A DNA stretch of 52,333 nucleotides, counting the filler, from Reticulomyxa filosa (Eukaryota; Protista; Foraminifera), in NCBI GenBank assembly GCA_000512085.1. It is 13 parts of 13 records of this genome, joined end to end, with 100 filler letters (N's around TTAATTAATTAA, not from the genome) between each part and the next. Parts side by side here need not be neighbours in the genome. Positions count along the whole stretch, not along the records: positions 1 to 8,067 come from ASPP01009994.1; positions 8,168 to 10,073 come from ASPP01027060.1; positions 10,174 to 15,035 come from ASPP01018330.1; 10 more parts are not named here. One strand, 5' to 3'. The notes beneath the pieces are model-generated. The model was not told the origin of the DNA and did no database searches. It saw nothing but the letters and a program-made list of their open reading frames with translations. Positions 1 through 12,116 of the stretch are shown piece after piece. The number at the start of each line of letters is the position of its first letter. The stretch's first letter is position 1. The position numbers were made by a program, and so were the translations under genes.

Positions 1-1275
1 TTTTTTTTAAACTCACTATGTGACTCTGTTTCTCCACTCACTCTATTTGTTCAAGATAACGTATAAACACATACTTGCAATGAATGTGCTATTGCTCATC
101 ATAAGACGATTACTATCAATGCCGTTATTCCAATGCGTTCTATTAATGTACCATGGAGTCGTTACACTGTTTTTGCTCGAGTCGCAAAATACTCGTCGGT
201 GATATTGTTAAAACATTTGGAAGTGTTGAGTGCTACTGCCAACGTCAAAAAAGCACTTTGACTGGAGAGAGACGTTGTGGTTTCTTGTGCTGTAAAGATT
301 TTTTTGAACCCACTGTCAGTAGCTGCCAGGGTTAACGTAAGATTCCACTGTTCAAAACAGTATATTTTTGTTCTATCTTGTTTTTTGCAAGTTTTCTACA
401 AAAAAAAAAAATCGTTCAGGTTTTTTAACAAAGGAGACAAAAAAAAAAAAAAACCTTTGGCAGTGGATTGGATGTTGTATTTATACCAATCAGTAGTACC
501 CTGCGCTAAGTAATATGTCTTGTCTACATCGGAGCAATAAACACCTGGCACATTAGCTGATTCGTCGCCTTCTTCATACACTTCGTAAACACTTCGGAAC
601 GTGTTTAAGTAGTTTAGTTGAAAATCTGGAATTGAACAACACAATATTTTTTTTTTTTTGAAAAGACTAGAACGGCTTAGCTATTTGATAATTAACACAT
701 AACACCAAGAAGCGTTTCTCCACTTTGCGCTAATCGACATGTCATGAAGAGTTTTCCATGATCCCCAAGAATCTCGAAATATTGTGCCCTCTGTTGATTT
801 AATGTTATGATTGTTGATTGTCAGTTGTTTTGTACCAACAATAAAAAAGATTACTTTTATTTTTGGTAATAATTTAATTTTCATATTTCTAAACACAGTA
901 TTTTTTTTTTTTTTTCAATACAATAAGAATACATTAACTCGAAATGGTGGCAATGGCACTTCCTTTGCCTGCGCTACTCTCTGAACCTTCCAACATTATT
1001 GTTAATTCCCACATCTTTCCGTTGTTGCATCTATTGCAAAAAAAAAAAACAAAAAAAAAACGCTCTTGTATATGTAATCCGATTTTTTAGGGAATATGTA
1101 ACATATAAATATTTGCTACAAAAAAAAAAAACGAACAATTAATCCAATACAAATAAAAAACAAACATTGTTTTGTTGGCGCATCTAACGACTTCTGAAGA
1201 CTGCACAATGGAAGATGCCATGCCATAAAATAGGGTCGATGCAAAGACAATATAAAAAAGCCATGAAAATGTCAT
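1..1275 (-). CDS. Multi-exon putative secreted protein of unknown function, possibly degenerate
   Basis: Signal-peptide-like start MTFSWLFYIVFASTLFYGMASS at 1275; further protein-like segments (CNNGKMWELTIMLEGSESSAG ~940-1030; STEGTIFRDSWGSWK; YCSDVDKTYYLAQGTTDWYKYNI) separated by poly-T/A introns. The segment below 395 has stops in its most protein-like frame; exon structure unresolved. Confidence 0.35.
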
Positions 1276-3219
1276 GTTATTCGTTTGTAAGTTATTTGAG
1301 TTCTTTAGCTCTTATTTTTTTTGGTCTTTGTGGGAGATTCAAAAAAGAAAAAGTATTTTTTTCATTTACGCAGTAATGACGTCAATCTTTTTTTAATATA
1401 ACTAAGTGAGTGCAATAACTCATATTTCACTTTTGACGAGGTGCAAAAAAAGTTGAGAACCAAAAATAAAAACGATTGAATTTGTGTTTCCATTTCAATT
1501 GTTTTTGTTTGTATTTTTCGCTTGACCAGTGAGCATTGATAACGCATTTCTCCAGAATATAGCAGAAAATGACAAGCTATGAGGGCATGTTATCTTTTTT
1601 CCACAACACAAACCACTGTTTTTTGGACAAACTATTGCCGGTTCACTTGAAAAATTGAGCAGAGCCCAGAAAAGTTTACAACAGTTTTTATGGCTGTAAT
1701 ACTTCAACTAAGCTTTATGAGCTTCTTAATTTGAAATGTTATCACAATAAGCTCTGTATTAAATTATTACTTATCATTTGCAGAATTTCTTTGCATAATT
1801 GATAATTGTATAGTTTTTCTTACAAAACTTTTATTCTTAAAGATTACACTTGTTTAAAGGTACACTAAACAAAATTTTTTATTATTGACAAAACTTAAAA
1901 CGAAGTGAATGATCTTTAATTCTTGCAGATATTTTGATAAAAGTAGTTCAAAAAATACTTTTTTAAGGTAAAATCAAGTTCTTTTTTTTGAGCTAAGTTT
2001 GCTATACTTATCCAAAATGACATAGCGCACAAAACATATTAATTGACCGAACTATTTACAACAAAGAGAAAACCTATTTATCGTGCTGTAATATTTGTTG
2101 TTTTGACTGTAGTGTTTTTGAAATTACTAGTTCAATGTTTTCAACATATTTGAAATAGTGACAATTTTCTTGAGAATTATGTTATATGTTTGCAATATGA
2201 GCAACAAGTTGAATTTTGACGTTTTGTCATTTTAGGTGTTCTTACACTTTGTTCACCTTCCTTTTCATTTTTACAATCACTTTTTGCCATATTTTTCCTT
2301 TCGACTACAAGTTAAGTCTATTTTCTAAAACATTAAATTTATTTTGTATATATTTTTGTTGCTTTGTTTAATTTTGATTGTATTTTTACTGTTGCTTGCA
2401 AAGAACAAATTCGCACTTTTCTATTTTTTTTGTTGACTTGCTTGTTCAATTAAATTAAAATGTATATAAATTACTTAATGAGCTTTTAACTAACGATATA
2501 ATGATTTAATATTATGTATTTTACTTTCTAGTTCTGCTTTAATGTATCAGTTTTTTCATATAACCATTATATTCTTCAACAACATTTCTTCTTTTTATAA
2601 TCGTCGCAATAACTATAACATAAAATATGTTTGTCTGCTATTACTGCATTTATATCTTTCGAATTTCTTCTGTTTACTAAGTAATCTTAGCCAATGCAAA
2701 TTAAAAGCTTCGTGTTTTTTGTTATTGAAAAGTATCATGTATAAGCATTTTTTGATAATGTTCTCCAATTACACTTCGTAAATATATGTATATTCGTATT
2801 GTTGTCTTTGGATTTACACATATTTTGCATTGGGTTCTAAATGAAAATACAATTGCCTGTAATTGTTTCATTATCGTATTTTTTTCGTTTTCGCTGTAGT
2901 TGTCCATTTTCAAATCTTTTTCAGATATCTTTGTAAATATTTGCAAGTGTTGTTGTATCTGAATTGTGCTAAAAAAAACCAGTGGTTTTGCTTTCTATAA
3001 TCAATTTGGATATGTAATTTTTTCTTTTTTTATAAAATCAACTGTCTTCATAATCATGTGATTTAGATGTTTCGTTATCTATCGGTGCCATATTAGATAG
3101 TCGTGTCACTTAAAAAAGGATTATGCACAAATCACATGAAAAAGTTTCACAACGTCAAAAAAAAAAGGAAAAGCTTGAAAAAAAACTTGTTGGTATTACA
3201 TATTAAATTTTTTTTTGGA

Positions 3220-4286
3220 ATGGCCTTCAACAAGATTTTTGCCTCTGGTTCACTTCCAGCTCTTGTCAAATTCCGTTCTCGTTGTGCATATGTTGCATTG
3301 ATTCAGCGAAAGGATTTTTCAGGCACAACAAAAAAAGTGCAGGAACTGAACCGAAGCAAGAAAGTAGTCGGTGGCCTGCAGCAGACGAGCGGTACTCGGA
3401 GGACCAGAGCGATGAGAACGACAGCAGTAATGGGACCAATGGTAGCATCCAAGAGGTGATGCCTGCATCAGCGTTCAAAGTGAATCCCAATTTGGGGTAC
3501 AAGGTGCATCACCATTTACTTCAACTGGGAATTGAGACGCCGTATGACCCATTGATAACAGATTCGTCCAACGAAAACGCTGCAAACAATGCACGAAAAA
3601 TCGAGCAAATAACGGATAAGTTTAAGGAAATAATGGAGATACTTGGATTGGATTTGACCAATGACAGCTTGGAGAAAACCCCTCGTCGTGTGGCCAAGAT
3701 GTATGTCGAAGAAGTATTTTGGGGGTTGAACCCTCATAATTTTCCTCACATTAGCACTGTGAAGAATTCAATGAAATACGATGAAATGGTGATTGAACGT
3801 AATATCAATGTTTCATCGCATTGCGAACATCATTTTGTTCACATCGACGGAATTGCGCATGTCGGGTAAGTTTAATGCACGATCAACCAACAACAAAAAA
3901 TATGTGTGTGTATATTTTATAATAAAAAAAAAAAAAAAAAAAAAAATTTATTTAATACAATAATTGGATGATTTCAAAGGTACATCCCCAAAGAACGAGT
4001 AATTGGCTTGTCAAAAATTAATCGAGTGGTGCGCTATTTTAGCAAGCGACCTCAGATTCAGGAACGGCTGACGGAGCAAATTTATGCGGCGCTGTCATAT
4101 GTGTTGGAAACGCAAGATGTTGCTGTCACCGTAATTGCGCAACACTTTTGTGTAAAGTGCCGTGGCATTGAAGACGTCAACTGTAACACGGTCACCTCCA
4201 AATTGGGAGGCATCTTTCAAACCGACCAAAAAACTCGAGGAGAATTCATTCGGCTTATCCAAATCCCAAATGCCAATTGCCAATAA
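3220..4286 (+). CDS. GCH1: GTP cyclohydrolase I (E. coli FolE-like type); exons 3220-3865 and 3980-4286; apparent 1-nt frameshift at A7 run 3330-3336
   Basis: Motifs TPRRVAKMY, Zn-binding CEHH, [31 protein letters not shown]. GT-AG intron 3866-3979 joins AHVG|YIPK in frame. Confidence 0.95.
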
Positions 4287-4943
4287 TAAACGTATCGAAG
4301 CTGGTGAGACGCGATCCTCAAGTCGCGCTGTTTCGAAACAAAGTTGATCATTACAGTTTGTACTTAAATAAAAGAGAGAAAAATAGAGGGAAAGTATTAA
4401 AGTAAAAGAGGTTAACTTTCCAAAGTACTACGCTTCTTGCGTCTTCTTTCCTCTTTCCTTTTTTTTTTCTCAAAAGTATTAAAAACAAATGGAAAAAAAA
4501 AGTGGTCACTATGACTGGTTTTTTAGCGTATTTCAGTTCTTCTTTTTTTCTTCTTTTTTTTTTCCCCTTTAAAGCCGCTTTTTTTCATGCGTGATTTCTA
4601 GCCACCTCTATTGGTCTTTTGTTTTATAGTATTGTTTGTGTTGTTGTCTTATGGTTTCGGCTGCTGTTGTTAAGTATTTTCGTTTTCTACATCTCATGTG
4701 ATTCCGGTTTGTCACATTTTGGCTCAATTGAGTATATTTTAAACACTTTTAATTAAAAACATAAACGTCAAGGTGCTTGAACATCAAATTCTATTTCAAA
4801 GTTTATCTTTTTTTCAGAGTCTTTTTGTAAATATCCAAACGTGGAGGTTGAATGTCATGGCTCAATAGTAACGTAGTGTACAAAACTAAGAGGAAAGTTT
4901 TTTCAAAGTTCAAAAGAAATTTTTTAAATAGCTCTCAGCAATC

Positions 4944-5727
4944 ATGTGTTTGTATACAAGTCCTTATGCACGTGTTCGACCAACAGGTTCCTTGTGACAT
5001 TAACCTCTGTTTCTGTTTGTTTTTTTTGTAACTTGAATGTCTCTGATTAAATGTTGAGGTTGTAAACGGGGCGTAACAAACAGAACGAGGAAAAGTGTTG
5101 GGGAAATGGCTGCTTTATATAATGCTGGTGTTAGGAATTGTCATGATTATTGCATTTGTGGGAGGTTCGTTCACAACGGGCCTATTTACCATTATTCTAT
5201 GTTTCACAGGATGGTGTGCAGTGAGGGATGAAAGAGCATTCAACATTGAGCAGGTGAGCTTGAATTTGAAGAAAAAAAAAATCAAAAAAAAATACAAAAA
5301 TGAAAATAAATGAACCAAATAAATGTGATTTGTGTAGATATTATGTGTAATAATTTTCAGTGGCTATTTATGGGTAGTCAACCTAGTTGGAATGATTTTA
5401 TATCTGACAGACATGGGCGGATCAGTGAACGTACCAGCAATGATCGCATTTTGGGCCGGACTGATCTTCTATGCCGCCGCGGTTTATATTGGTAAACAAT
5501 TGTATGATGACTTGAGATTGAACTATCAACTGCCGCCAGCAGACGAAATGCAAAGTGGAATGTTTGGCGGTGGAGGATTTGGGCAAATGATGGGAGCACG
5601 CCCAGTACAAAGTAGTGGTACGGCTGATGTAAGAGGAGGACGACCGACAACGGGAAACATTCCACCGTCCAATCAAACCCGAGGATTTCAAGCCTTTAGT
5701 GGCCAAGGACGAAGTCTTCAATCATAA
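4944..5727 (+). CDS. ~200-aa four-TM membrane protein with C-terminal SHP-box-like motif; exons 4944-4986, 5084-5253, 5338-5727
   Basis: GT-AG introns 4987-5083 and 5254-5337 give one continuous frame (MCLYTSPYARVRPTERGKVLGKWLL...). Four hydrophobic segments, Gly-rich tail ending FQAFSGQGRSLQS. Confidence 0.7.
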
Positions 5728-6778
5728 ACACAACCCTCACATTGCCAATTTTTTAAAAACCTAATCCACTGATAACAGTGCAGTGCCATAGCAAAAAAAA
5801 AAGATTAATAAATAAAGCAGAAGAAATTTGTTAGAAATTTACTCTTTTTTTGTTGTTTGCATTTACATTCATTTCTTTGGCTCGGCAAAGGCAAGAAAAA
5901 AATAATAAAAACACTTGCCAACAATTTACTACCTAAAAAAATATCAAATTGTTTGCTTCAATATACGTTGAATCCAATTTTTATTGTTTATTTGCTTGTT
6001 CTCTTTTTCAACGAGTTCTTTATTGAAAAGAACTAACATAAATGAACAATAACGAACGGAATTAAACAATAGAAATAACATCACATCATACGTATTGGAG
6101 TAGAGTTTTTTTCAAGTAGTGGCGGGGATATACTTTAGGGAAAAAAATAACTCAAATTTTTCTTACAAGATTTATATTTCAAATTTTTTTGGTAAATTTG
6201 AAACGAACTTTCGCTCTTTTTGTTTAGAACAAAGAAAAAAAGTTAGGTGTTTACTAAAAATTAGGAAAGCTAAAATAAAAAATTAATGTTAAAAGTTTGT
6301 TAAAAGCTGTTTTCCTTAGCAAAAGACGTAGCAAACCTTTGCCCGCTCTGTTCCTTTTTCTACTTGCTTGAGTGGTACCAATATCATCCTTCGTCCACAT
6401 CAAACGATATACACAATTTAATACTCCAATTGAACAAAATTCAAACGAATAAATGAATGTTTGTTTATCTTTGTGCTTTGCAATAAGCAGCGAACTAATT
6501 CACTCAAATCTAACGCTCGAAGGTTGGTTATGCAAAACCACAAATAGAAATGCATATAGAGTTTATTAAACTACAAAAGAAATTACAAAGAGAATTTATA
6601 AGAGCGTTGAACATTTAAGTGCGCATGTTGAAGGAGCAAAGTGGCTACATTATTAAATGAGAAGCAGCCGATCATCAACACAAGTTCCCGCTTTGGGAGC
6701 AAAAGAGCTCTAAAGAGGAAACGAGGGGGAAAAAAAGAAAGAAAAATAAAACGTTACAAAAACACAAAGTGTTTTTTT

Positions 6779-7960
6779 TTACAGCTGTGCAAAGTTAACG
6801 TTTATTCTTGGCCACAATCTCAAGCACTCCGTTTCCAATCCTTCATAAAATGCATCTTTGTTCTAGGTAATCCAAAGGCCAAACAAACGAAAAGAAGAAA
6901 ATGTTTTTGCGTTAGAAAGAAGGACGCAAGATAAGACAACAAAGTTAACATTATTGTTTGGAACAATGTAAAAAGTCCTGTCGTGCGTTGCCAACAAAAT
7001 TGCATTGTTTTTGCCAGAACGTTTACGATCTTTATCCCACGCCACATCCGCACCATGCAAGCCAACAAAGCCTTGTGGTTTTCCCTCGTTTGGACTCTTT
7101 TTTTTTTTGTATGGAAGGCATGAAACAAGGTTTCCTTAAATATTGAGTATATACATTTAAACGTATGTTATATACATATTCAAATAGACAGAATGCAAAC
7201 GTAACTTTTTTGTTTGTTCGAAAGTCGTCTTTGAAATAATATAAAAATCCCTTATGTAACACCCACCAACGACGTTTATATCCATGGACCCCTCCTCCTT
7301 TTTTGGAAGCCAAGCCAAGGACTTTTCCCTCTTTCAAGTGATCAACTGTGATTTTCTAACATTTTATGTTCCCCCCCCCCCCTACACACTTTGTCCTCTC
7401 TTGCAAATTTTAAACCAACACAAATGTGTGTATGTATATATGTACGTATGTTTTTTCTTTTTTTTTTTTTTTTCCATCCTAGCTCATTCACCCACATATA
7501 TACACACACACAAACAAACAAACATATGCACATGCAAACCTCGAGACCCTGGGAATCGGATTTCAATGGCCTCCCTTCCGTTGCATATTGTGAAGAATAA
7601 AAAACACCACCTTGTCTCACGCTGTGCGCGAACCTTTATTTGTATTGTTCATTCCTTTCTTTCTTCATTCACTCATCTTTTTTTTTATTTGTTACAAATC
7701 AACAAACAAAACTCGACAAGTTCCATCAAATTGCCGGACATTGGTTGAACTTGAAATAAAGGCTCATTACCAGCCTCAATGACCAGCACATAATCATTAG
7801 TGGTACCTTGGATGAAAGACTTCAAATTTCTGACATTGTACTTCTCAAAAGAAAACGAGTCTTCGCCATTTCGAAAGTAATGCAAAAACTCTCCCAACAA
7901 CTGAAATATGGCTTTCTTCTTTGTTCCTTCGTGATAAAACGTGGCCACGCATAGTCTCTT
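6779..7960 (-). CDS. PH-domain protein, 3' part, multi-exon, 5' truncated by contig end
   Basis: KKGGGVHGYKRRWWVLHKGFLYYFKD (PH beta1-beta3), GFVGLHGADV and NAILLATHDRTFYIVP (later strands), final helix DAFYEGLETEC with TAA at 6779-6781. The upstream exon (FQLLGEFLHYF...) may be a second PH-like domain. Confidence 0.7.
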
Positions 7961-8020
7961 AAGCAAATATGGGGTTTTACGTATCAACAAAAAAAAAAAG
8001 GGGGGTGAGGGGGACATTAG

Positions 8021-8052
<32 letters not shown>

Positions 8053-8067
8053 AAAAACGAAAAAAAA

Positions 8068-8167
8068 NNNNNNNNNNNNNNNNNNNNNNNNNNNNNNNNN
8101 NNNNNNNNNNNTTAATTAATTAANNNNNNNNNNNNNNNNNNNNNNNNNNNNNNNNNNNNNNNNNNNN
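8068..8167. other. Artificial contig spacer N44-TTAATTAATTAA-N44 (first of 12; others at 10074, 15036, 16823, 19174, 26746, 31512, 34413, 36042, 39005, 42187, 46042; each 100 bp)
   Basis: Identical 100-bp blocks whose core puts stops in all six frames; genes are cut at these points and do not continue across. Confidence 0.98.
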
Positions 8168-8239
8168 AAAAAAAAAAAAAAAAAAAAAAATAATAATGAA
8201 ATATATGAGGTTGAATGAATTATTTGATAAAAAAAAAAG

Positions 8240-9010
8240 GCAAGGCTGGACAAGAGCTATTGATGTTTGTATTGGTGCTGGTGATTTATTTCATTGCATT
8301 TGGGTTTTGCGGGTTTTTGGCGTTTTCCAGTGATGTGGATGACTTTCGGTCGCTGCTGCTGTCGTGCTTGAATGCACTTCGCTTCAGCATTGGCGGTGTC
8401 GATTACGATGCGCTTGTCTTGAGCAGTCGTACATTTGGGTCGGTGTATTACGTGGTCTGGTCCATTGTAATGCTCCTCGTGTTAACCAATGTGTTTGTTC
8501 CATCTGGTCGAGGCGTACGCCAAGGCCTTGCACACGCTCACTGCAGTCGACAAAGTCGATACAAAGTGGCTCGGCATACCTAGTGCGATCGCAAGACTCT
8601 GTCGCTCCTTTCACGTCTTCAAAGACTCGGACATGCGGACCATTGTCCTTCCTCATGCTTCTCAGGATGATATCCTGTCACGTCGCAATCTCGTCTCTTC
8701 TGTTCACAAGACAGGTCTGACGTTTGGAGAGGCTCCCAAGTTCATTGACGAATTCCATGTCGATAAAGCGCAAGAGACGCTGCTGCTGCTGCACACTTTG
8801 CAAGTGCCAATGCCGATATCCATGGAAGGTCCGCGACGTCCGCTTCCATTGCAATTGCTTCCTGCTGACGCCACGAACACACGCTTGGATGACGTACACT
8901 TTCAACGCTTGATTGACAGAATCCTACTCATTCAAGACCTGCTTAAAGCACACTTGCGGCAAACCAAAGCGGGTGCAAAAATTATAAAAGATATTGAACA
9001 CACAATTTAA
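8240..9010 (+). CDS. Polycystin-2/TRPP-like cation channel, S5-pore-S6 and C-terminal tail (5' truncated); frameshift at ~8497-8506
   Basis: ELLMFVLVLVIYFIAFGFCGFLAFSSDVDDFRS...GGVDYDAL...FGSVYYVVWSIVMLLVLTNVFV(S)I(L)VEAY matches the PKD2-channel S5-P-S6 pattern (LNMFIAII..Y); two missing bases restore the frame. Confidence 0.8.
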
Positions 9011-9992
9011 ACGTTGCATTCTGGCTTCGCTTTTTTTTTTTTTTTTTTGTTTCAACCCAATTTAACAGATTCAATCCACGAATATATAATATAATGCTAC
9101 ACACGCTCGCAAGGAACCCTTCTTCTAGAACAATCAAGGAGATACAAAAAAAAAAAAACAAAACATTTTCGAGCTGTGGGTAAATTGCTGGTGTTTCCTC
9201 TCTTCTGCTTGGCTCAAATCAACCGTTTTGGACGCTTTGCTAAATAAAATTATCATCAATTGTACTTTGACATATTGTCCCAACAAGATTGGACAGCATT
9301 TTTGAAACATTGTGCTTACATTCTCGTTTGTTAGTTTCTTTGTAAATATTTTTTTACGTTTCTTAAATGTCATTTAAACAATTTGGTTTGTGGTTTTGCA
9401 GTAAAAACACTTCGACTCAAACAGAGTCACTCTAGAATAACGGTAAATATATCTTTCAAAAAATATGTCGCTGATGTTCTTATTGTTGCGATATATTATT
9501 ATTTTTTGTGTTTTGTTCTATATTCCTTTGCTGACATTAATTCAAAAAACAACCCATTTTATTGCACGCTCAGTGAAAAAGATCATTACATGTCTATGTG
9601 GACGAATATAAAAATTATACACTCAACACAACTGTACTCCTTCCAAATAAAATAATGCAATAAAGATCACAAACGTTATAGTAAGGATATAACGCTAGAT
9701 CTTAAAAAGAACAAAGACATAGCTGATTGACATTGATAGTGATAAGATAATTCACAAAAAACAAAAAGCAAATTAACGTATCACTTTTCATTTTTCAATT
9801 TTTCTTATTTCTTTTTTTTCAACTTTGAATGTAAATATAAAAAAGACAGCTGAAGTTTTGTACAAAAAAACAACTTAATAAGACTAAGACAATATGCACA
9901 ATCTCTGATGAAAAATCAAAATACCAATTCATATAATTGGGTTTGCATTACATTATCTTTCGTAAATACTTATATTTTCATCGAATATCATT

Positions 9993-10063
9993 TACAGTAA
10001 GTTGCAAAGAAAACTGAACGCTTTAAATTGTATCTTATGATGATAATTGATTTTCTCCATGAA
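9993..10063 (+). repeat. Dispersed repeat, copy 1 (reverse-complement match to 46142-46212)
   Basis: Manual alignment gives 65/71 identical bases to the reverse complement of 46142-46212; both copies lie at contig ends. Confidence 0.85.
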
Positions 10064-10173
10064 AAATCAACATNNNNNNNNNNNNNNNNNNNNNNNNNNN
10101 NNNNNNNNNNNNNNNNNTTAATTAATTAANNNNNNNNNNNNNNNNNNNNNNNNNNNNNNNNNNNNNNNNNNNN

Positions 10174-12116
10174 AATTCCAATGCTAATTCCAATTCTAGT
10201 TCCAGTTCCAATTTCAATACCAACTCCAATGCCAACGCCAATGCAAATGCAAATGCAAATGCCAGCGTCGGCACTGGTGGCAATCTTAACGCCAGCGGTA
10301 ACGGAGGCGAAGTTCCCGGGAACATCAAAAGAGAACACGACAACGAAGAAAAGTCGTTAAAAAATAATGGTATGAAAAGATCTGCCCATCAAATGAGCGG
10401 AGGCGTTGACAGCTCAACCGAGCTTCCAAAACAACGGAGGAGACTGAGTCGCAATGACATCCGTGACACCAATGGCGATGGGAATCATGCACCTCATGAC
10501 ACTATCGGGGGATCTTCTTCGACCATTGCGTCGTACAATTCCATCAAACATGATCTCTCGACTGTTCCTGTGTCGTCGTTTCCGTCCCAGCTCAAAGAAG
10601 ATTGTAAAAAAGACAAGGAACTCCCGTCCTTGGCGGCGATGAAGCGAGAAAAAACCCAGCCGCAGCCTCTTCGAGATGTTCCTTCTCGTATCAAAGGATT
10701 GTCGCAATCCGTCTCAATGCCTACCTCTCCTAGAGTCTATGGCAAGCATTCCAATATCGATGATGCACTTTCATCACAGCCGCGTGGAGGTATGCTTATC
10801 CTTTCCGTTACTTTTTCTCTCTTCCAAAAAAAAAAAAAAAAAAAAAAGGAGGAAAGAAATGCGTTTTTGCGTTGCTCTGAGTTTGAACATGCTTTTGAAA
10901 TTAAAAAAAAAAAAAGCTGTTTGTGATTCTGTGTCTGCATGTGCGTGTGTCGAGATTGGAAGAAAAGCGCTTCAATCTTGAGTGAGAGCAGATCAAAGAC
11001 ACCCCGGGAACTAATGATGGAGTCGGAGAGAGTGCATGGAAACTCGGCCCACTTAACTCCAATAAAAACGGACGATCATTGGAATACTACAAACATTGAA
11101 CGCTCGGAAGATAAAGAAGACGAATCCGCCAAAAACAGGTCGGCAAGTGACCCAAAGGCAGATAACAATGACACAATGTTACCATTGGGGAGTAATGCCA
11201 ATATTTCTAAAAGTGTGAAAGGTTCGTCTGCTTCTCCAGTAGGAATTAGCTGTTGGGAAGACTGGCTCGCCGTTAATGATGAGGCTTCACAGGAGGGAGA
11301 GCGTGCTAAAGACAGTGACTATCAGTTTAGTTTAGTTTTATTTATCTGGATCATTTTTCTGGTATTTCCCACAAAACTGTGCTACACTGCAAAACAAATA
11401 CTATGCTCAATTCATGTGTTGGGTTGTTGCTGGGGAAAGAATGGGTGTGGAAATATCCGAAGATGAAAAAAGAAAATATGTTCTGGGGTTACTGCATGGT
11501 TCTGAAGAAATGGCATTGGGAGACTTTGTGTGCATTCAAATGAAAGATAAAAAGATTGCTTTGGGAAATTGGAAAAAGTCTTCACGTTAAACAAAATATT
11601 TTATTTAAAAAAAAATAATTATTGTCTGTGTTTTACTTTCAAAGACAAAACATCTTTTTTTGCTTTTATTTCCTTTCCTTTCCTTTATATATCTACAGAG
11701 ATAAAGCTACAGGGAAAAATCAATTTGAAGCGACAATATTTGTGCGCTTAGAAACAACCAAAAATAAATCACTTCAAAGAAATAAACGAGAATTGCTACA
11801 ATTGGCATTAGAACCTCGTGTATTCGATGTCTCTCGTATTTCTCGTCCAGTTGATATATGGTTTCCCCCAAAGAATATGGATCTCAAAGTTATTGAAGAA
11901 CGAACTCGCGGAAGGGATTGCTATTTCGTAAGATATATCCAAGATCCTCGCACTTCTCAAATTAGAGATGTTCCAGAGAATAGCGAACCGAAAGAACCCA
12001 AAACGACTTCATCCGTGGGCCGACGAAGAGTTATGTATCTTTTTTTTCTTAGTATATCACCATGTCAGGATTTTCTTCAAAATTTTGATAAATGTGCCTT
12101 GAATAGCGATCGATGA
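10174..12116 (+). CDS. Low-complexity protein with C-terminal BAH-like domain (5' truncated, multi-exon)
   Basis: Frame open from contig start through 10789, intron at GTATGC 10790. Later exons give LGDFVCIQMKDKKIALG..DKATGKNQFEATIFVRLE..KRELLQL..FDVSRISRPVDI..YFVRYIQDP, the BAH pattern (vGD.V, RELF, I...v.V, ffcr..YD). Confidence 0.55.

Noticed and set aside
1300-3050. Short ORFs 1495-1707 and 2722-2946
   Set aside because: No recognisable motifs or consistent splice path; could be decayed fragments but not supportable.
8112-8123. Recurring palindrome TTAATTAATTAA as a biological motif
   Set aside because: Always centred in exactly 44+44 Ns; it is an assembly linker with six-frame stops.
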